NCBI GenBank assembly: GCA_016197005.1
Contig: JACPWO010000002.1
Location: 210,178-274,177 of the forward strand
Direction of reading: 5' to 3'
Length of the DNA stretch: 64,000 nt
DNA from: Candidatus Anderseniibacteriota bacterium
GTDB taxonomy: Bacteria; Patescibacteriota; Andersenbacteria; UBA10190
Made by a program: the position numbers and the translations under genes. This document shows, in pieces, positions 1-9,255 of the stretch. Numbering within the stretch: position 1 is the first letter of the stretch; every line of letters starts with the position of its first letter. Below the pieces are notes generated by a model. It was not told the DNA's origin. It saw only the letters and a list, made by a program, of their open reading frames with translations, and made no database searches.

Positions 1-369
1 CATAGGAGCCGATCGTTTTTGGAGGCTTTCAAATTTGCTCAGTCCGGTATTTCGCAGGTCTATGCACAGGAATCGAACGTTCGACGCCAACTATGGCTTT
101 TTGTTATAGGTATTGGCTTGGCGCTTGTCTTACGGATATCGGTGCTGGAAATAGCAATGTTAGTGCTGGCAGGCGGAGTTATTATAAGTTTGGAGTTTTT
201 TAATACTGCACTGGAGAAAATAGAAGATCTGGTATGGCCCGAATATCGTGAAGCTGTCCGTTTTTCTAAGGATGCTGCTGCCGGCGCGGTCTTGATTGCC
301 AGTCTGGCGACGGCAATTGTGGCTGCCTTGATTTTTATACCGGCAATTGCTCGACTCCTGGTATACTAG
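1..369 (+). CDS. dgkA: diacylglycerol/undecaprenol kinase DgkA (frame open to nt 1, possibly 5'-partial)
   Basis: ORF 19..369; LNTALEKIED motif and C-terminal TM helices typical of DgkA; frame open upstream to window edge. Confidence 0.7.
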   Translation, partial: HRSRSFLEAFKFAQSGISQVYAQESNVRRQLWLFVIGIGLALVLRISVLEIAMLVLAGGVIISLEFFNTALEKIEDLVWPEYREAVRFSKDAAAGAVLIASLATAIVAALIFIPAIARLLVY

Positions 370-373
370 CCAC

Positions 374-1621
374 ATGTCTCGGATACAAAAAATTGCGGGG
401 ATTGATGCAGGAACATCGAAAGTCCGAGTTATTGTGGCCCAGAAAGACCCAGAAAGTGGGCAAATCGTAGTAAGTGGCAGTGGTATCGCACCGATGGCAG
501 GGATGCAGCGTGGGGTAATTACCGACATTGAAGAGGCGACAAAAGCAGTTAGTAGCGCTCTGGATGCAGCTGAACGAGTGGCCGGGTTCCCGGTTGAGCA
601 AGCGTACGTCAGTATTAATGGCCCCCATTTACATTCTCAAAATTCTCGGGGAGTTATTGCCGTAGGGCGAGCTGATGGCGAAATAGCTTCTGAAGATATC
701 GATCGAGTCATTAATGCGGCGCAAGCAATTTCACTTCCGGCTAACCGTGAGATTCTCCACGTTCTTCCACAGAACTTTATTGTTGATGGGCAGGAGCATA
801 TTCAGGATCCGATCGGGATGACAGGGGTCCGCCTCGAAGTAGAAACTCATGTTATTGAAGGGTCAGCTCCATTTATTAAAAACTTAGCAAAGGTTGTGAA
901 TCAGTCTGGTGTTCACATTGAGGATTTCGTGTTCGCACCACTAGCGGCTGCGCAAGCTGTTTTAGAAAAGCGGCAAAAGGAGCTTGGGGTGGTGCTTATA
1001 GATATGGGCGCTGGTACTACGAGCCTCGCTATTTTTGAAGATAAATCTCTTTTGCATACCGCTGTGTTGCCGGTTGGTAGTGCTCACATTACGAATGATA
1101 TCGCTATTGGTCTGCGTACCTCAATCGAGGTGGCGGAGGAAATAAAGATTCAATACGGAACCGCGTTGCCAGGTACTATAAAAGGAAATGATTCTATTGT
1201 TATTGATGATGGCGCCAAAGACGGCGGAGAAAGTCATAAAGTTTCACGTAAGGAAGTAGCAGAAATTATTGGTGCTCGTCTTGAAGAAATATTTTCTTTT
1301 GTTGATAAGGAGCTAAAAGCAGTCGGACGTTCCGGACTTCTCCCTGCCGGCGCAGTTATTACTGGTGGAGGTGCTCATTTGCCAGGATTGGTTGAAGTGG
1401 CAAAGAAACGTCTGAGGCTGCCGGCGAGAATTGGTCGACCACAAAATATTGGTGGAGTTATTGACCAGGCCGGGGATCCAGCATTTGCCGTTGCGCTTGG
1501 CCTCATTGCGTGGGCGATTGAGCAGGAATCTCGCACCCCAGGGCGCACTTCAATGCGTATTCCTAATATTGGCAAGACAGTTACACAAGTTCGCGATTGG
1601 TTTAGAACCTTTCTTCCGTAA
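374..1621 (+). CDS. ftsA: cell division protein FtsA
   Basis: ORF 347..1621; internal Met MSRIQKIAGIDAGTSKVRV fits FtsA N-terminus; actin-like ATPase motifs; immediately upstream of ftsZ. Confidence 0.9.
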   Translation: MSRIQKIAGIDAGTSKVRVIVAQKDPESGQIVVSGSGIAPMAGMQRGVITDIEEATKAVSSALDAAERVAGFPVEQAYVSINGPHLHSQNSRGVIAVGRADGEIASEDIDRVINAAQAISLPANREILHVLPQNFIVDGQEHIQDPIGMTGVRLEVETHVIEGSAPFIKNLAKVVNQSGVHIEDFVFAPLAAAQAVLEKRQKELGVVLIDMGAGTTSLAIFEDKSLLHTAVLPVGSAHITNDIAIGLRTSIEVAEEIKIQYGTALPGTIKGNDSIVIDDGAKDGGESHKVSRKEVAEIIGARLEEIFSFVDKELKAVGRSGLLPAGAVITGGGAHLPGLVEVAKKRLRLPARIGRPQNIGGVIDQAGDPAFAVALGLIAWAIEQESRTPGRTSMRIPNIGKTVTQVRDWFRTFLP

Positions 1622-1715
1622 AAACATTCAAATTTGTACATATTACGTGTTCAGTTTGAACACGTATTGTTATTGACAGGTAAGCTTCCACCCTCGTATC
1701 CTTCTAAGGAAGTAT

Positions 1716-2921
1716 ATGCCACTCAAGAAACCCACGATTGAAAACGTAGCGAACATAAAAGTCGTTGGTGTTGGTGGTAGCGGAAATGCTGCTTTAAACC
1801 GGATGATTGAAGCGAATATTCAAGGGGTCGACTTTATTGCTGTGAACACTGATGCTCAAGCTCTTCACTATTCCGGAGCGGGAACAAAGATGCATATTGG
1901 TCAAAACGTAACTCGTGGCCTCGGCGCTGGCATGAACCCAGCTGTTGGTCAGCAAGCAGCAGAAGAGAGTCGTGAAGAGATACATGAACTTTTGAAGGGT
2001 TCAGATATGGTTTTCGTCGCCGGTGGATTTGGTGGTGGTACTGCCAGTGGCGCTCTGCCAGTTGTGTCTGAAATTGCCAAAGAACTAGGTGCTTTAACTG
2101 TAGCTGTCGTGACTCGACCATTTTCTTTTGAAGGTCGTCAGCGTGCCACCATTGCTGAAGAAGCCTTAAGCGAACTTCAAGATCGGGTAGACGCTTCTGT
2201 CGTTATTCCGAATGACCGTTTGCTCCAAATTATTGATAAAAAAACAAGCTTAGTTGATGCTTTCCGAGTAGTTGATGACGTGCTGCGCCAAGGTGTCCAA
2301 GGTATTTCTGATCTCATCACCCACCACGGTATGGTAAACGTCGACTTTGCTGATATTAAAGCCATCGTGCAAAATGCTGGATCTGCTCTCATGGGTATTG
2401 GCCGGGCATCTGGGGAGAATCGAGCAACAGAAGCGGCCCGAGCAGCTATTGAAAGCCCTATGCTTGATGTGACTATCGATGGGGCGAAAGGAATTGTGTT
2501 CAATATTACCGCTGGCCCTGATCTACGGATGCATGAAGTGGAAGAAGTAGCTCGCGCTATTACTGAGCATGCTGATCCCAACGCAAAAGTCATCTTCGGA
2601 GCCGTTATGGATGGAGCACAAGTTGAAGAAGGAGAAATAAAAGTAACAGTTGTGGCGACGGGCTTTGATAAACCGGCGCTGCCTTCTAAGCAAAAGCAAC
2701 GTTATGCTGGTGCCACTCCATATCCAGGAGCAGCTCCAGTATTTCCTGGCTCTTCCCAAATGCCCCAACCTACTCCAGCTGTACCGCAAAACCCTGTATA
2801 TCGCGTAAATACACCAACCACCCGTCGCGACTCCATGGGCGAGGGTGAAGAAGACCTAGAGGTACCTACCTTTATTCGCCGTAAAATGCGCGAGCGAAAG
2901 CAACAGCTACCGGAAGAGTAA
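1716..2921 (+). CDS. ftsZ: cell division GTPase FtsZ
   Basis: GGGTASG tubulin signature, [10 protein letters not shown], Pro/Gln-rich C-terminal tail. Confidence 0.95.
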   Translation: MPLKKPTIENVANIKVVGVGGSGNAALNRMIEANIQGVDFIAVNTDAQALHYSGAGTKMHIGQNVTRGLGAGMNPAVGQQAAEESREEIHELLKGSDMVFVAGGFGGGTASGALPVVSEIAKELGALTVAVVTRPFSFEGRQRATIAEEALSELQDRVDASVVIPNDRLLQIIDKKTSLVDAFRVVDDVLRQGVQGISDLITHHGMVNVDFADIKAIVQNAGSALMGIGRASGENRATEAARAAIESPMLDVTIDGAKGIVFNITAGPDLRMHEVEEVARAITEHADPNAKVIFGAVMDGAQVEEGEIKVTVVATGFDKPALPSKQKQRYAGATPYPGAAPVFPGSSQMPQPTPAVPQNPVYRVNTPTTRRDSMGEGEEDLEVPTFIRRKMRERKQQLPEE

Positions 2922-2935
2922 GATCTAAATCTTAG

Positions 2936-2957
2936 AACCGCCGCGAGGCGGTTTTTG
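2936..2957 (+). terminator. rho-independent terminator after ftsZ
   Basis: AACCGCC-GCGA-GGCGGTT stem-loop followed by TTTTT. Confidence 0.6.
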
Positions 2958-3003
2958 CTATTATGAAGGCGATGCGTGCTGTGTTGATGCAGTTGATAGT
3001 CGC

Positions 3004-4308
3004 ATGGTTACTTGGAATAACCGTTGGCATACTGCTATGAAAATCCAAGTTCTTGTTGCGGTTAGTGCGATATTTTTTCTTGGGTATCTGTGGGGAGTCA
3101 TTCACCAAGAATCGCTTACTACTTGTCGACTGGCAGATGAGTTTAGTGGCGTGATTACGCGTGTGTATTCGCTCGAGTCTGATCGTGCACAATATGTTGT
3201 CGCTGGTGATAGCGGGTGTTCTACTTTAGTGACCACCCTACGATTGCCAGAGTATGCGGCTGGTCAACGTATCTCTGTTGCTGGTGAAGTCCAGCCCATA
3301 TCCGATCTTCCTGAAGAATACGTAGGGTATCGTGACTACCTTGATCGACAAGCAATCGATGGGACGGTTCGTTTGGCTGATATAGAGGTAACGGGTGGCC
3401 AGCTATTTATAGGAGAGCGTATCCGCCAATCTTTTCGTAAACAAGTGGAAACTGTATTTGGACAGCCCGAAGCAGGAGTTATGAAGGCAATGCTTTTAGG
3501 GGATCGGGGAACGGTTAGCGAAGAGGCGCAGACAGCTTTTGAACGAACTGGAACAACGCATATTCTTTCAATCTCTGGCTTGCATGTTTCTATTCTTGTC
3601 ATTGTGCTCGCTTTTGTACTTGAATCTCTTCCACTTGGCCCGTGGGTACGGTCGAGCATAACGATTGCGCTTCTATGGATGTACATTCTTTTAATTGGTG
3701 CGCCGCCAGCCGCAGTACGAGCAGCGCTCTTTTGTACATGTATTCTATTAGCCCTTCGACTTCGAGTGTTGGTAAGCTTGTCTACCATATTTTTGCTGGC
3801 CGCTACTGCGATGATTTCGAGTAATCCCCATGTACTACAAGACATTGGCTTCCAATTGTCTTTCAGTGCGATTGCCGGCATGGGTCTAGTTCTGTTTTTA
3901 GTAGGACGTCCACAGTCACCACTTCTTAATGCATTTCTCATATCTCTGGGTGCGACCATTGGCACGTGGCCGATTGTGTCGTACCACTTTGGGCAAATCT
4001 CTCTCATTAGTCTGCCGGCAAATGTTTTAATAGTTCCCACGGTTGCACCACTTCTCATCCTGGCACTCTTATCTATTCTAATTAGTTTTGTGGTGCCAGC
4101 GCTCGGACTCGTCGGTGGTTTCTTTGTACACTTACTATGGAAATATATTTTTTCGGTGGCGTTGTTTATGAGCAACATACCTGGAGCAAGTTTTGCGTTT
4201 GCAACACCTTTCTGGCTAGCAGTGGGGTGGTATGGCGTTGTCGTACTAGGTGCAATATATACTTTGTCTCTTCAAAAACGTTCATGGCGCGAGATCTGGG
4301 TCAATTAA
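3004..4308 (+). CDS. comEC: ComEC/Rec2 N-terminal part (DUF4131 + competence domain); frame breaks at an A5 run
   Basis: MKAMLLGDRG...GTTHILSISGLHVSIL competence-domain motif; multiple TM helices; ends 4308 while the MBL domain continues in another frame. Confidence 0.8.
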   Translation: MVTWNNRWHTAMKIQVLVAVSAIFFLGYLWGVIHQESLTTCRLADEFSGVITRVYSLESDRAQYVVAGDSGCSTLVTTLRLPEYAAGQRISVAGEVQPISDLPEEYVGYRDYLDRQAIDGTVRLADIEVTGGQLFIGERIRQSFRKQVETVFGQPEAGVMKAMLLGDRGTVSEEAQTAFERTGTTHILSISGLHVSILVIVLAFVLESLPLGPWVRSSITIALLWMYILLIGAPPAAVRAALFCTCILLALRLRVLVSLSTIFLLAATAMISSNPHVLQDIGFQLSFSAIAGMGLVLFLVGRPQSPLLNAFLISLGATIGTWPIVSYHFGQISLISLPANVLIVPTVAPLLILALLSILISFVVPALGLVGGFFVHLLWKYIFSVALFMSNIPGASFAFATPFWLAVGWYGVVVLGAIYTLSLQKRSWREIWVN

Positions 4309-5132
4309 CAAGTACCGGCATTCTGGCGATTTCGTTCGCCGTGGCTGCTCTGGCCGGCGAGCCAACAAGCAAAGTTGTATTTCTTGATGTCGGCCAAGGC
4401 GATTCTATTTTATTACAAGATGGAATGCAGCAAATCCTTATCGATGGCGGCAAAGGAGACATTGTCCTTGAGCGTTTGGCTGAAGAAGTGCCTTACTTTG
4501 ATAGAAGTATCGAGGTGATTATCTCAACACACCCGGATCAAGATCATTTGGAAGGCTTGCTCCATATTTTACAACGATATGACGTGAAGTTAGTTCTTCT
4601 GCCACAAGCCGCTAAAGAAGATGCGTTGCAAGAAGCGTGGTTAAATCTTCTGCACGAAAAAAATATTCCGTATCGCTTTGCATGGTCAGGACAAACTCTT
4701 AGTGTAGGGAATATGAAGCTTAGTATCTTAGGACCCTTTGATACTGATGCCGCCCGCGCGGCTACTCGCGGTAACATTAATAACGCTTCGGTCTCAACTC
4801 GTCTAGATTACAACGGACTATCCTTTCTCTTAACTGGTGATGCAGAGCTTCAAGCAGAGCAACTTCTTGTGCACACTCTTCCACTTCAACTTAATGTAGA
4901 CATTTTAAAAGCCGGCCACCATGGTAGTAATTCTTCGACTCATACACCGCTTATCCGAGCTGCTTCGCCGGCAGCAGCAGTTATTTCGGTAGGGGCAGAT
5001 AATACGTATGGGCACCCGCATCCCGCCGTATTGCAACGACTTGAAGGGCTACGGCTATGGCGAACCGATGAAGATGGATCTGTACGTTTTCTGTTCAAGA
5101 ATGGACAATGGCTTTCAGCTGTTGCAAAATAA
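4284..5132 (+). CDS. comEC: ComEC C-terminal metallo-beta-lactamase domain (separate frame; probably the same gene as 3004..4308)
   Basis: ORF 4137..5132; VVFLDVGQGDS, HPDQDHLEGL, GHHGSNSS motifs of ComEC MBL domain. Confidence 0.8.
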   Translation: MARDLGQLTSTGILAISFAVAALAGEPTSKVVFLDVGQGDSILLQDGMQQILIDGGKGDIVLERLAEEVPYFDRSIEVIISTHPDQDHLEGLLHILQRYDVKLVLLPQAAKEDALQEAWLNLLHEKNIPYRFAWSGQTLSVGNMKLSILGPFDTDAARAATRGNINNASVSTRLDYNGLSFLLTGDAELQAEQLLVHTLPLQLNVDILKAGHHGSNSSTHTPLIRAASPAAAVISVGADNTYGHPHPAVLQRLEGLRLWRTDEDGSVRFLFKNGQWLSAVAK

Positions 5133-5161
5133 TGCGCTATTAGGTATCAATAATGCAATAT

Positions 5162-5746
5162 ATGGCAATCGAACGAACATTAGTCATTATAAAGCCAGAT
5201 GGGATCCAGCGTGGTCTTATTGGCGAGATTCTTGACCGCTTTGAACAAACGGGTCTTAAGTTCGTTGGAATGAAGATGGTGTGGCCAGACAAGAAACTGG
5301 TTGGCAACCACTATACCGGCGATGAGAAGTACAACACTGAAGTTGGAGAAAAGGCCCTGAAGAACGCCAAGGAACACGGAAAAGAAATGAATGAAAGTGC
5401 GTTAGACATTGGCCTTCGTATTCGAGAAACAAATATCCGCTATCTTTCAACGGGTCCAGTCCTAGCTTTTGTCCTAGAAGGAAATACTGCTATTAAGAGC
5501 GTTCGGAACATTATCGGTGGCACGAATCCTCTGACAGCTGATATTGGAACTATTCGTGGTGATTACACTATTGATGATTTTGCGCAGGCAGATATTGAGA
5601 GTCGTGCAGTGAGGAATTTGATGCATGCATCAAGTGAACCAGATGAAGCCAAACGAGAAATAGCGCTGTGGTTTTCTGACAAGGAACTCTACGATTACCA
5701 AACTGTAATGGATAAAGTTCTACACGATCCAAGTTGGGGAGCGTAA
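5162..5746 (+). CDS. ndk: nucleoside diphosphate kinase (with ~30 aa insertion and C-terminal extension)
   Basis: MAIERTLVIIKPDG...NIIGGTNP motifs. Confidence 0.9.
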   Translation: MAIERTLVIIKPDGIQRGLIGEILDRFEQTGLKFVGMKMVWPDKKLVGNHYTGDEKYNTEVGEKALKNAKEHGKEMNESALDIGLRIRETNIRYLSTGPVLAFVLEGNTAIKSVRNIIGGTNPLTADIGTIRGDYTIDDFAQADIESRAVRNLMHASSEPDEAKREIALWFSDKELYDYQTVMDKVLHDPSWGA

Positions 5747-5761
5747 AATATTTTCGATTTT

Positions 5762-5790
5762 AAAAACGGCGCCGAGAGGCGCTGTTTTTA
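5762..5790. terminator. bidirectional terminator between convergent ndk and NUDIX genes
   Basis: A-run, ACGGCGCC-GAGA-GGCGCTGT hairpin, T-run. Confidence 0.55.
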
Positions 5791-6249
5791 GTCACTAAGC
5801 TTCTGGAGTGCTTCTTTTGCATAGAAGCGAACGAGCCGAAGAATCTTATATTCACTGTTTTTAATGTCTTCACGTGTGAACCAGCGAAAATTGTGATGTT
5901 CTGCTGCGGCCAAAGAAACATTATTGGTAGCACTCTTCCCGAAATATATAAGGCCGATGTGTTGGTGGGGGGGATTAGCACTATGAATATCCATATAGAG
6001 GGGAGCAAGTAAGGGCGTTGCTTCATTATCTTGAATGTCCGGCTTATTTCCTCCTATCAATTCAACCTCAAGACCACACTCTTCTTTTATTTCTCGTATG
6101 AGAGCTTCTTCTGGGTTCTCATGTAGTTCAATGTGCCCGCCGATAGGCAACCAGCTTTTAAGCTTCTTGTGATCTACGAGAAGTACTTTATTTTTGTGAA
6201 CAATGAAGATGGCAACGGTGAAATCAATAAGATTATGTATATGTGCCAT
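5788..6249 (-). CDS. NUDIX hydrolase
   Basis: NUDIX box GGHIELHENPEEALIREIKEECGL. Confidence 0.8.
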   Translation of the reverse strand: MAHIHNLIDFTVAIFIVHKNKVLLVDHKKLKSWLPIGGHIELHENPEEALIREIKEECGLEVELIGGNKPDIQDNEATPLLAPLYMDIHSANPPHQHIGLIYFGKSATNNVSLAAAEHHNFRWFTREDIKNSEYKILRLVRFYAKEALQKLSD

Positions 6250-6254
6250 GCTAG

Positions 6255-6325
6255 TCGGGCTGTCGGGAATCGGACCCGAACTACAAGACCCCCAGCCTTG
6301 CGTACTACCACTATACTACAGCCCG
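6255..6325 (-). tRNA. tRNA-Pro (anticodon GGG), atypical T-loop (C55)
   Basis: Hand-folded cloverleaf: 7-bp acceptor CGGGCUG/CAGCCCG, D-arm with GG, anticodon loop CUGGGGG, T-arm UCGGG/CCCGA; no encoded CCA. Confidence 0.5.
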
Positions 6326-6368
6326 TTGCTGGAAATCCTACGAGGTAAAGAGTATATTCGCAACACGA

Positions 6369-6440
6369 CGGGGCGTAGCGCAGTGGTAGCGCGCATCGTT
6401 CGGGACGATGAGGCCGCAGGTTCGACTCCTGTCGCCCCGA
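6369..6440 (+). tRNA. tRNA-Pro (anticodon CGG)
   Basis: Hand-folded: acceptor CGGGGCG/CGCCCCG, D-stem GCGC/GCGC with AGUGGUA loop, anticodon stem CAUCG/CGAUG with loop UUCGGGA, T-arm GCAGG-UUCGACU-CCUGU. Confidence 0.85.
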
Positions 6441-6696
6441 CAGATAGTAGTTTCTTCTGCACTGTCATTTGGAGACTAACATGATATAGACGAGAGAAAC
6501 ACGGGCAGAAACACTTTTTGGTTTGTTTGGACTATTGATTGTTTTGGTTGCCGGCCCCGGTACTTTGGTAGGGCCCATATCGCTGGGGCATATTGATCTC
6601 ATGCCATTGTAATGATCGTCGGTTGTATCTGTATGTTTGTTCTACCGGATTATCTACGGAGACGCCGGCAAAACCAAGAAAACAGAGAATGACTGA

Positions 6697-6727
6697 GGAA
6701 CGACTACGCGTTCCCTTTTTATTTTTG
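6697..6727 (+). terminator. rho-independent terminator closing the tRNA-Pro/ORF-less spacer transcript
   Basis: GGAACG-ACUACG-CGUUCC hairpin followed by CTTTTTATTTTT. Confidence 0.5.
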
Positions 6728-6734
6728 GTGTTGT

Positions 6735-6941
6735 TTAGGCGCTAACTTTGGTGAGAGTAGCTTTACGGGAATTTGTCTTGATACAAGAAACGCAGGCTAA
6801 TATACGGCGACCCTGGTATTTGGTCTTCTGAAGATTAGGTCGGAAACGACGTTTGGCTGTGACGTTATAATGACCGCGCAAAAGCTTGCGCTGATTTCCA
6901 ACGCTTGGTCCTTTACCGCAAATTTCACAAATTCGAGCCAT
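6735..6941 (-). CDS. rpmB: 50S ribosomal protein L28
   Basis: MARICEICGKGPSVGNQ...HYNVTAKRRFRPNLQ; ORF 6735..6986 trimmed to internal Met. Confidence 0.9.
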   Translation of the reverse strand: MARICEICGKGPSVGNQRKLLRGHYNVTAKRRFRPNLQKTKYQGRRILACVSCIKTNSRKATLTKVSA

Positions 6942-7035
6942 AATTAAGATAAGAAACAAGGTACTAGAGCAAGCCGTTAAACGCAAGCGCTAATTTGTCT
7001 TTCGTGATCACGCACTGCTTGATACACTATGATCT

Positions 7036-7683
7036 ATGCTATTCCAGATGCTAGCGGTTAACCCGGGGTTACAGGTTGGTGCGATGATACTTGGCTTGGC
7101 AATTGCCATTATTTTGCATGAAGTAGCACATGGTTGGGCTGCTCTGTATCTCGGAGATCCAACGGCTAAATATGCTGGACGTCTTACATTGAATCCTATT
7201 GCTCACGTCGATATGTGGGGGACGATCATTATTCCGCTTCTCCTTATTGTATCTGGAACCGGATTTGTATTTGGGTGGGCAAAACCAGTACCGGTAAATT
7301 ATTTCAATCTTCGTAATGGCCGATGGGGACCAGTTCTGGTTGCATTAGCTGGGCCCGCAACGAATCTAATTCTCGTCATTCTCTTCGGTCTTCTTACTCG
7401 GTTTTCGCCAGATGGAACTGCTCTGCCGTATTTATTCTCAACCGTTGCACTCGTGAATGCTATTCTGATGCTATTTAATCTCATTCCTATCCCGCCACTG
7501 GATGGTTCTAAGATTTTATATCTCTTTCTAGAGAGACGTCCGGATATTCAACAAATGCTGGAACAATATGGGATGTGGATTTTCTTTGCCATCATTATTT
7601 TTGCTCAAGGTTTTCTTTCCTCCCTCGTATTTGGACCGGCAGTCTCTTTGGTAGAGTTTTTCGCCGGAAGATTGCCGCTGTAA
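7036..7683 (+). CDS. site-2 protease family zinc metalloprotease (peptidase M50)
   Basis: HEVAHGW (HExxH) and NLIPIPPLDG motifs, polytopic membrane protein. Confidence 0.8.
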   Translation: MLFQMLAVNPGLQVGAMILGLAIAIILHEVAHGWAALYLGDPTAKYAGRLTLNPIAHVDMWGTIIIPLLLIVSGTGFVFGWAKPVPVNYFNLRNGRWGPVLVALAGPATNLILVILFGLLTRFSPDGTALPYLFSTVALVNAILMLFNLIPIPPLDGSKILYLFLERRPDIQQMLEQYGMWIFFAIIIFAQGFLSSLVFGPAVSLVEFFAGRLPL

Positions 7684-7726
7684 TAATGACTCGTTAAGAT
7701 ACGAGGATTAATAGTGGTAAAAATAA

Positions 7727-7753
7727 AAAAGCCGACAGTTTGTGGCTGTCGGC
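7727..7753 (-). terminator. terminator for minus-strand hypothetical gene
   Basis: GCCGACAG-N7-CUGUCGGC hairpin followed on minus strand by TTTTTTATTTTT. Confidence 0.5.
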
Positions 7754-7759
7754 CGTGGC

Positions 7760-8200
7760 TCATCTCATCTTATCAGCTATGGCACACATGTCGGGGTAGG
7801 CGTCATCCCATGCCTTTTCAAGTAATTCCATGGTCTCCATAACTGACCGTGAGCAATTAAATGTCACCTCCCATCTTTCTTCTCGATCCGATAGCTCTTG
7901 CCTAAAGTGTAGAAGGTAGTCTGTCAGAGGAGAATGTTGAGAAAATTCTTTGAGACAGGCACCAAGGTGCCGAGCCAAGTGTTGTGGCGGTGGCACCAAA
8001 AAACGATTGTCTGCTAGTACGTACATTCCTATTGGTATAAGGCCCCCAGGCTCTGGCTTTCGTAAGACGAAGGAAAGTGTTTGCACGCGATCTTTGATAG
8101 CGAGAAATAAGCACATCGCCAGGATTTTTGGAACAGGGTGCATACCGCCAAAAAACTTTTCTCTAACTCTGGTAATAAAGAGAGTTTCGTCGTCAGTCAT
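7760..8200 (-). CDS. hypothetical protein (146 aa), no recognisable family
   Basis: Only long ORF in this interval; own terminator; function unknown. Confidence 0.45.
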   Translation of the reverse strand: MTDDETLFITRVREKFFGGMHPVPKILAMCLFLAIKDRVQTLSFVLRKPEPGGLIPIGMYVLADNRFLVPPPQHLARHLGACLKEFSQHSPLTDYLLHFRQELSDREERWEVTFNCSRSVMETMELLEKAWDDAYPDMCAIADKMR

Positions 8201-8257
8201 GGCTGGGTCCTTTGACCAGGGTGGAAAGAACGATCTCTCCGTTACCCTACTTCTCTT

Positions 8258-8286
8258 TTGACAATCTAGGCAACCTTTTCTATATT
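8258..8286 (+). promoter_or_regulatory. sigma70-like promoter for str operon (TTGACA-17-TATATT)
   Basis: Perfect -35 TTGACA, 17-nt spacer, -10 TATATT about 55 nt upstream of rpsL. Confidence 0.55.
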
Positions 8287-8340
8287 GTGTGCACTGCCCC
8301 GCTTGGCGGGGTTGTTAATTAGTCTATTTATCAGGTAATT

Positions 8341-8763
8341 TTGCCTACTTTAAACCAACTTATCCGCAAGGGACGCACCCGCCGATTGAGAAAACCAAAG
8401 TCTCCGGCTCTTTTACGTGGATACAACGTGTTGAAAGACCGACCAGTTATCTTCAAGAAAGGTTCACCTTTTAAGCGTGGTGTCTGTTTACAAGTAAAGA
8501 CAATGACCCCGAAGAAACCAAATTCCGCTCTGCGTAAAGTTGCTCGTGTTCGTCTATCTAATGGAATGGAAGTAACTGCTTTTATCCCGGGTGAAGGACA
8601 TAATCTTCAGGAGCATTCGATTGTTGTTATCCGTGGTGGTCGTCGAAAGGATTTACCAGGTGTTCGCTATCAAGTAGTTCGAGGTGTACTCGATACCGTT
8701 GGTGTTGAAGCTCGTCGCCGTGGTCGATCTAAATATGGTGCTAAGAAACCAAAGCAAAAGTAA
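8341..8763 (+). CDS. rpsL: 30S ribosomal protein S12 (TTG start)
   Basis: [11 protein letters not shown]...[18 protein letters not shown]. Confidence 0.95.
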   Translation: MPTLNQLIRKGRTRRLRKPKSPALLRGYNVLKDRPVIFKKGSPFKRGVCLQVKTMTPKKPNSALRKVARVRLSNGMEVTAFIPGEGHNLQEHSIVVIRGGRRKDLPGVRYQVVRGVLDTVGVEARRRGRSKYGAKKPKQK

Positions 8764-8768
8764 TACCT

Positions 8769-9242
8769 ATGCCACGAAAAAAGCGCGTATATAAAAATAA
8801 GAGATACATTAAACCGGATCCTAAATTCGGTAACTTAATGTTGTCTCGTTTTATTAATTACATGATGTACGACGGCAAAAAGAGCACGGCGCAAACAGTG
8901 GTTTATGGAGCGCTCGCACAGGTATCAGAGAAGACAAAAAATGATCCGCTCGTGGTCTTTGATGCCGCTCTTCGTAATGTCACTCCTATCCTTGAAGTAA
9001 AAGCTCGCCGCGTTGGTGGTGCTAACTATCAAATTGCTCAGGAAGTACGACCAGAACGACGGGAGATGCTCGCCATGCGCTGGCTGCGAGATGCAGCGCG
9101 TGCTCGTGGTGGCAAAACAATGGCCGAAAAACTGGCGGCTGAACTCATTGATGCTTCCAATAAAGAAGGTGGAGCAATGAAAAAGCGAGAAGATGTACAC
9201 AAGATGGCCGAGGCTAACCGCGCATTCAGCCACTTCTCTTAA
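8769..9242 (+). CDS. rpsG: 30S ribosomal protein S7
   Basis: [22 protein letters not shown] family match. Confidence 0.95.
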   Translation: MPRKKRVYKNKRYIKPDPKFGNLMLSRFINYMMYDGKKSTAQTVVYGALAQVSEKTKNDPLVVFDAALRNVTPILEVKARRVGGANYQIAQEVRPERREMLAMRWLRDAARARGGKTMAEKLAAELIDASNKEGGAMKKREDVHKMAEANRAFSHFS

Positions 9243-9255
9243 ATCCGCTTAAGGT

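Noticed and set aside
3336-4178. 280-aa minus-strand ORF
   Set aside because: Lies entirely antisense within comEC. Arg/Ser-rich composition is typical of a shadow ORF.
6133-6484. ORFs 6133..6348 and 6203..6484
   Set aside because: They run across the two tRNA-Pro genes. No coding signal.
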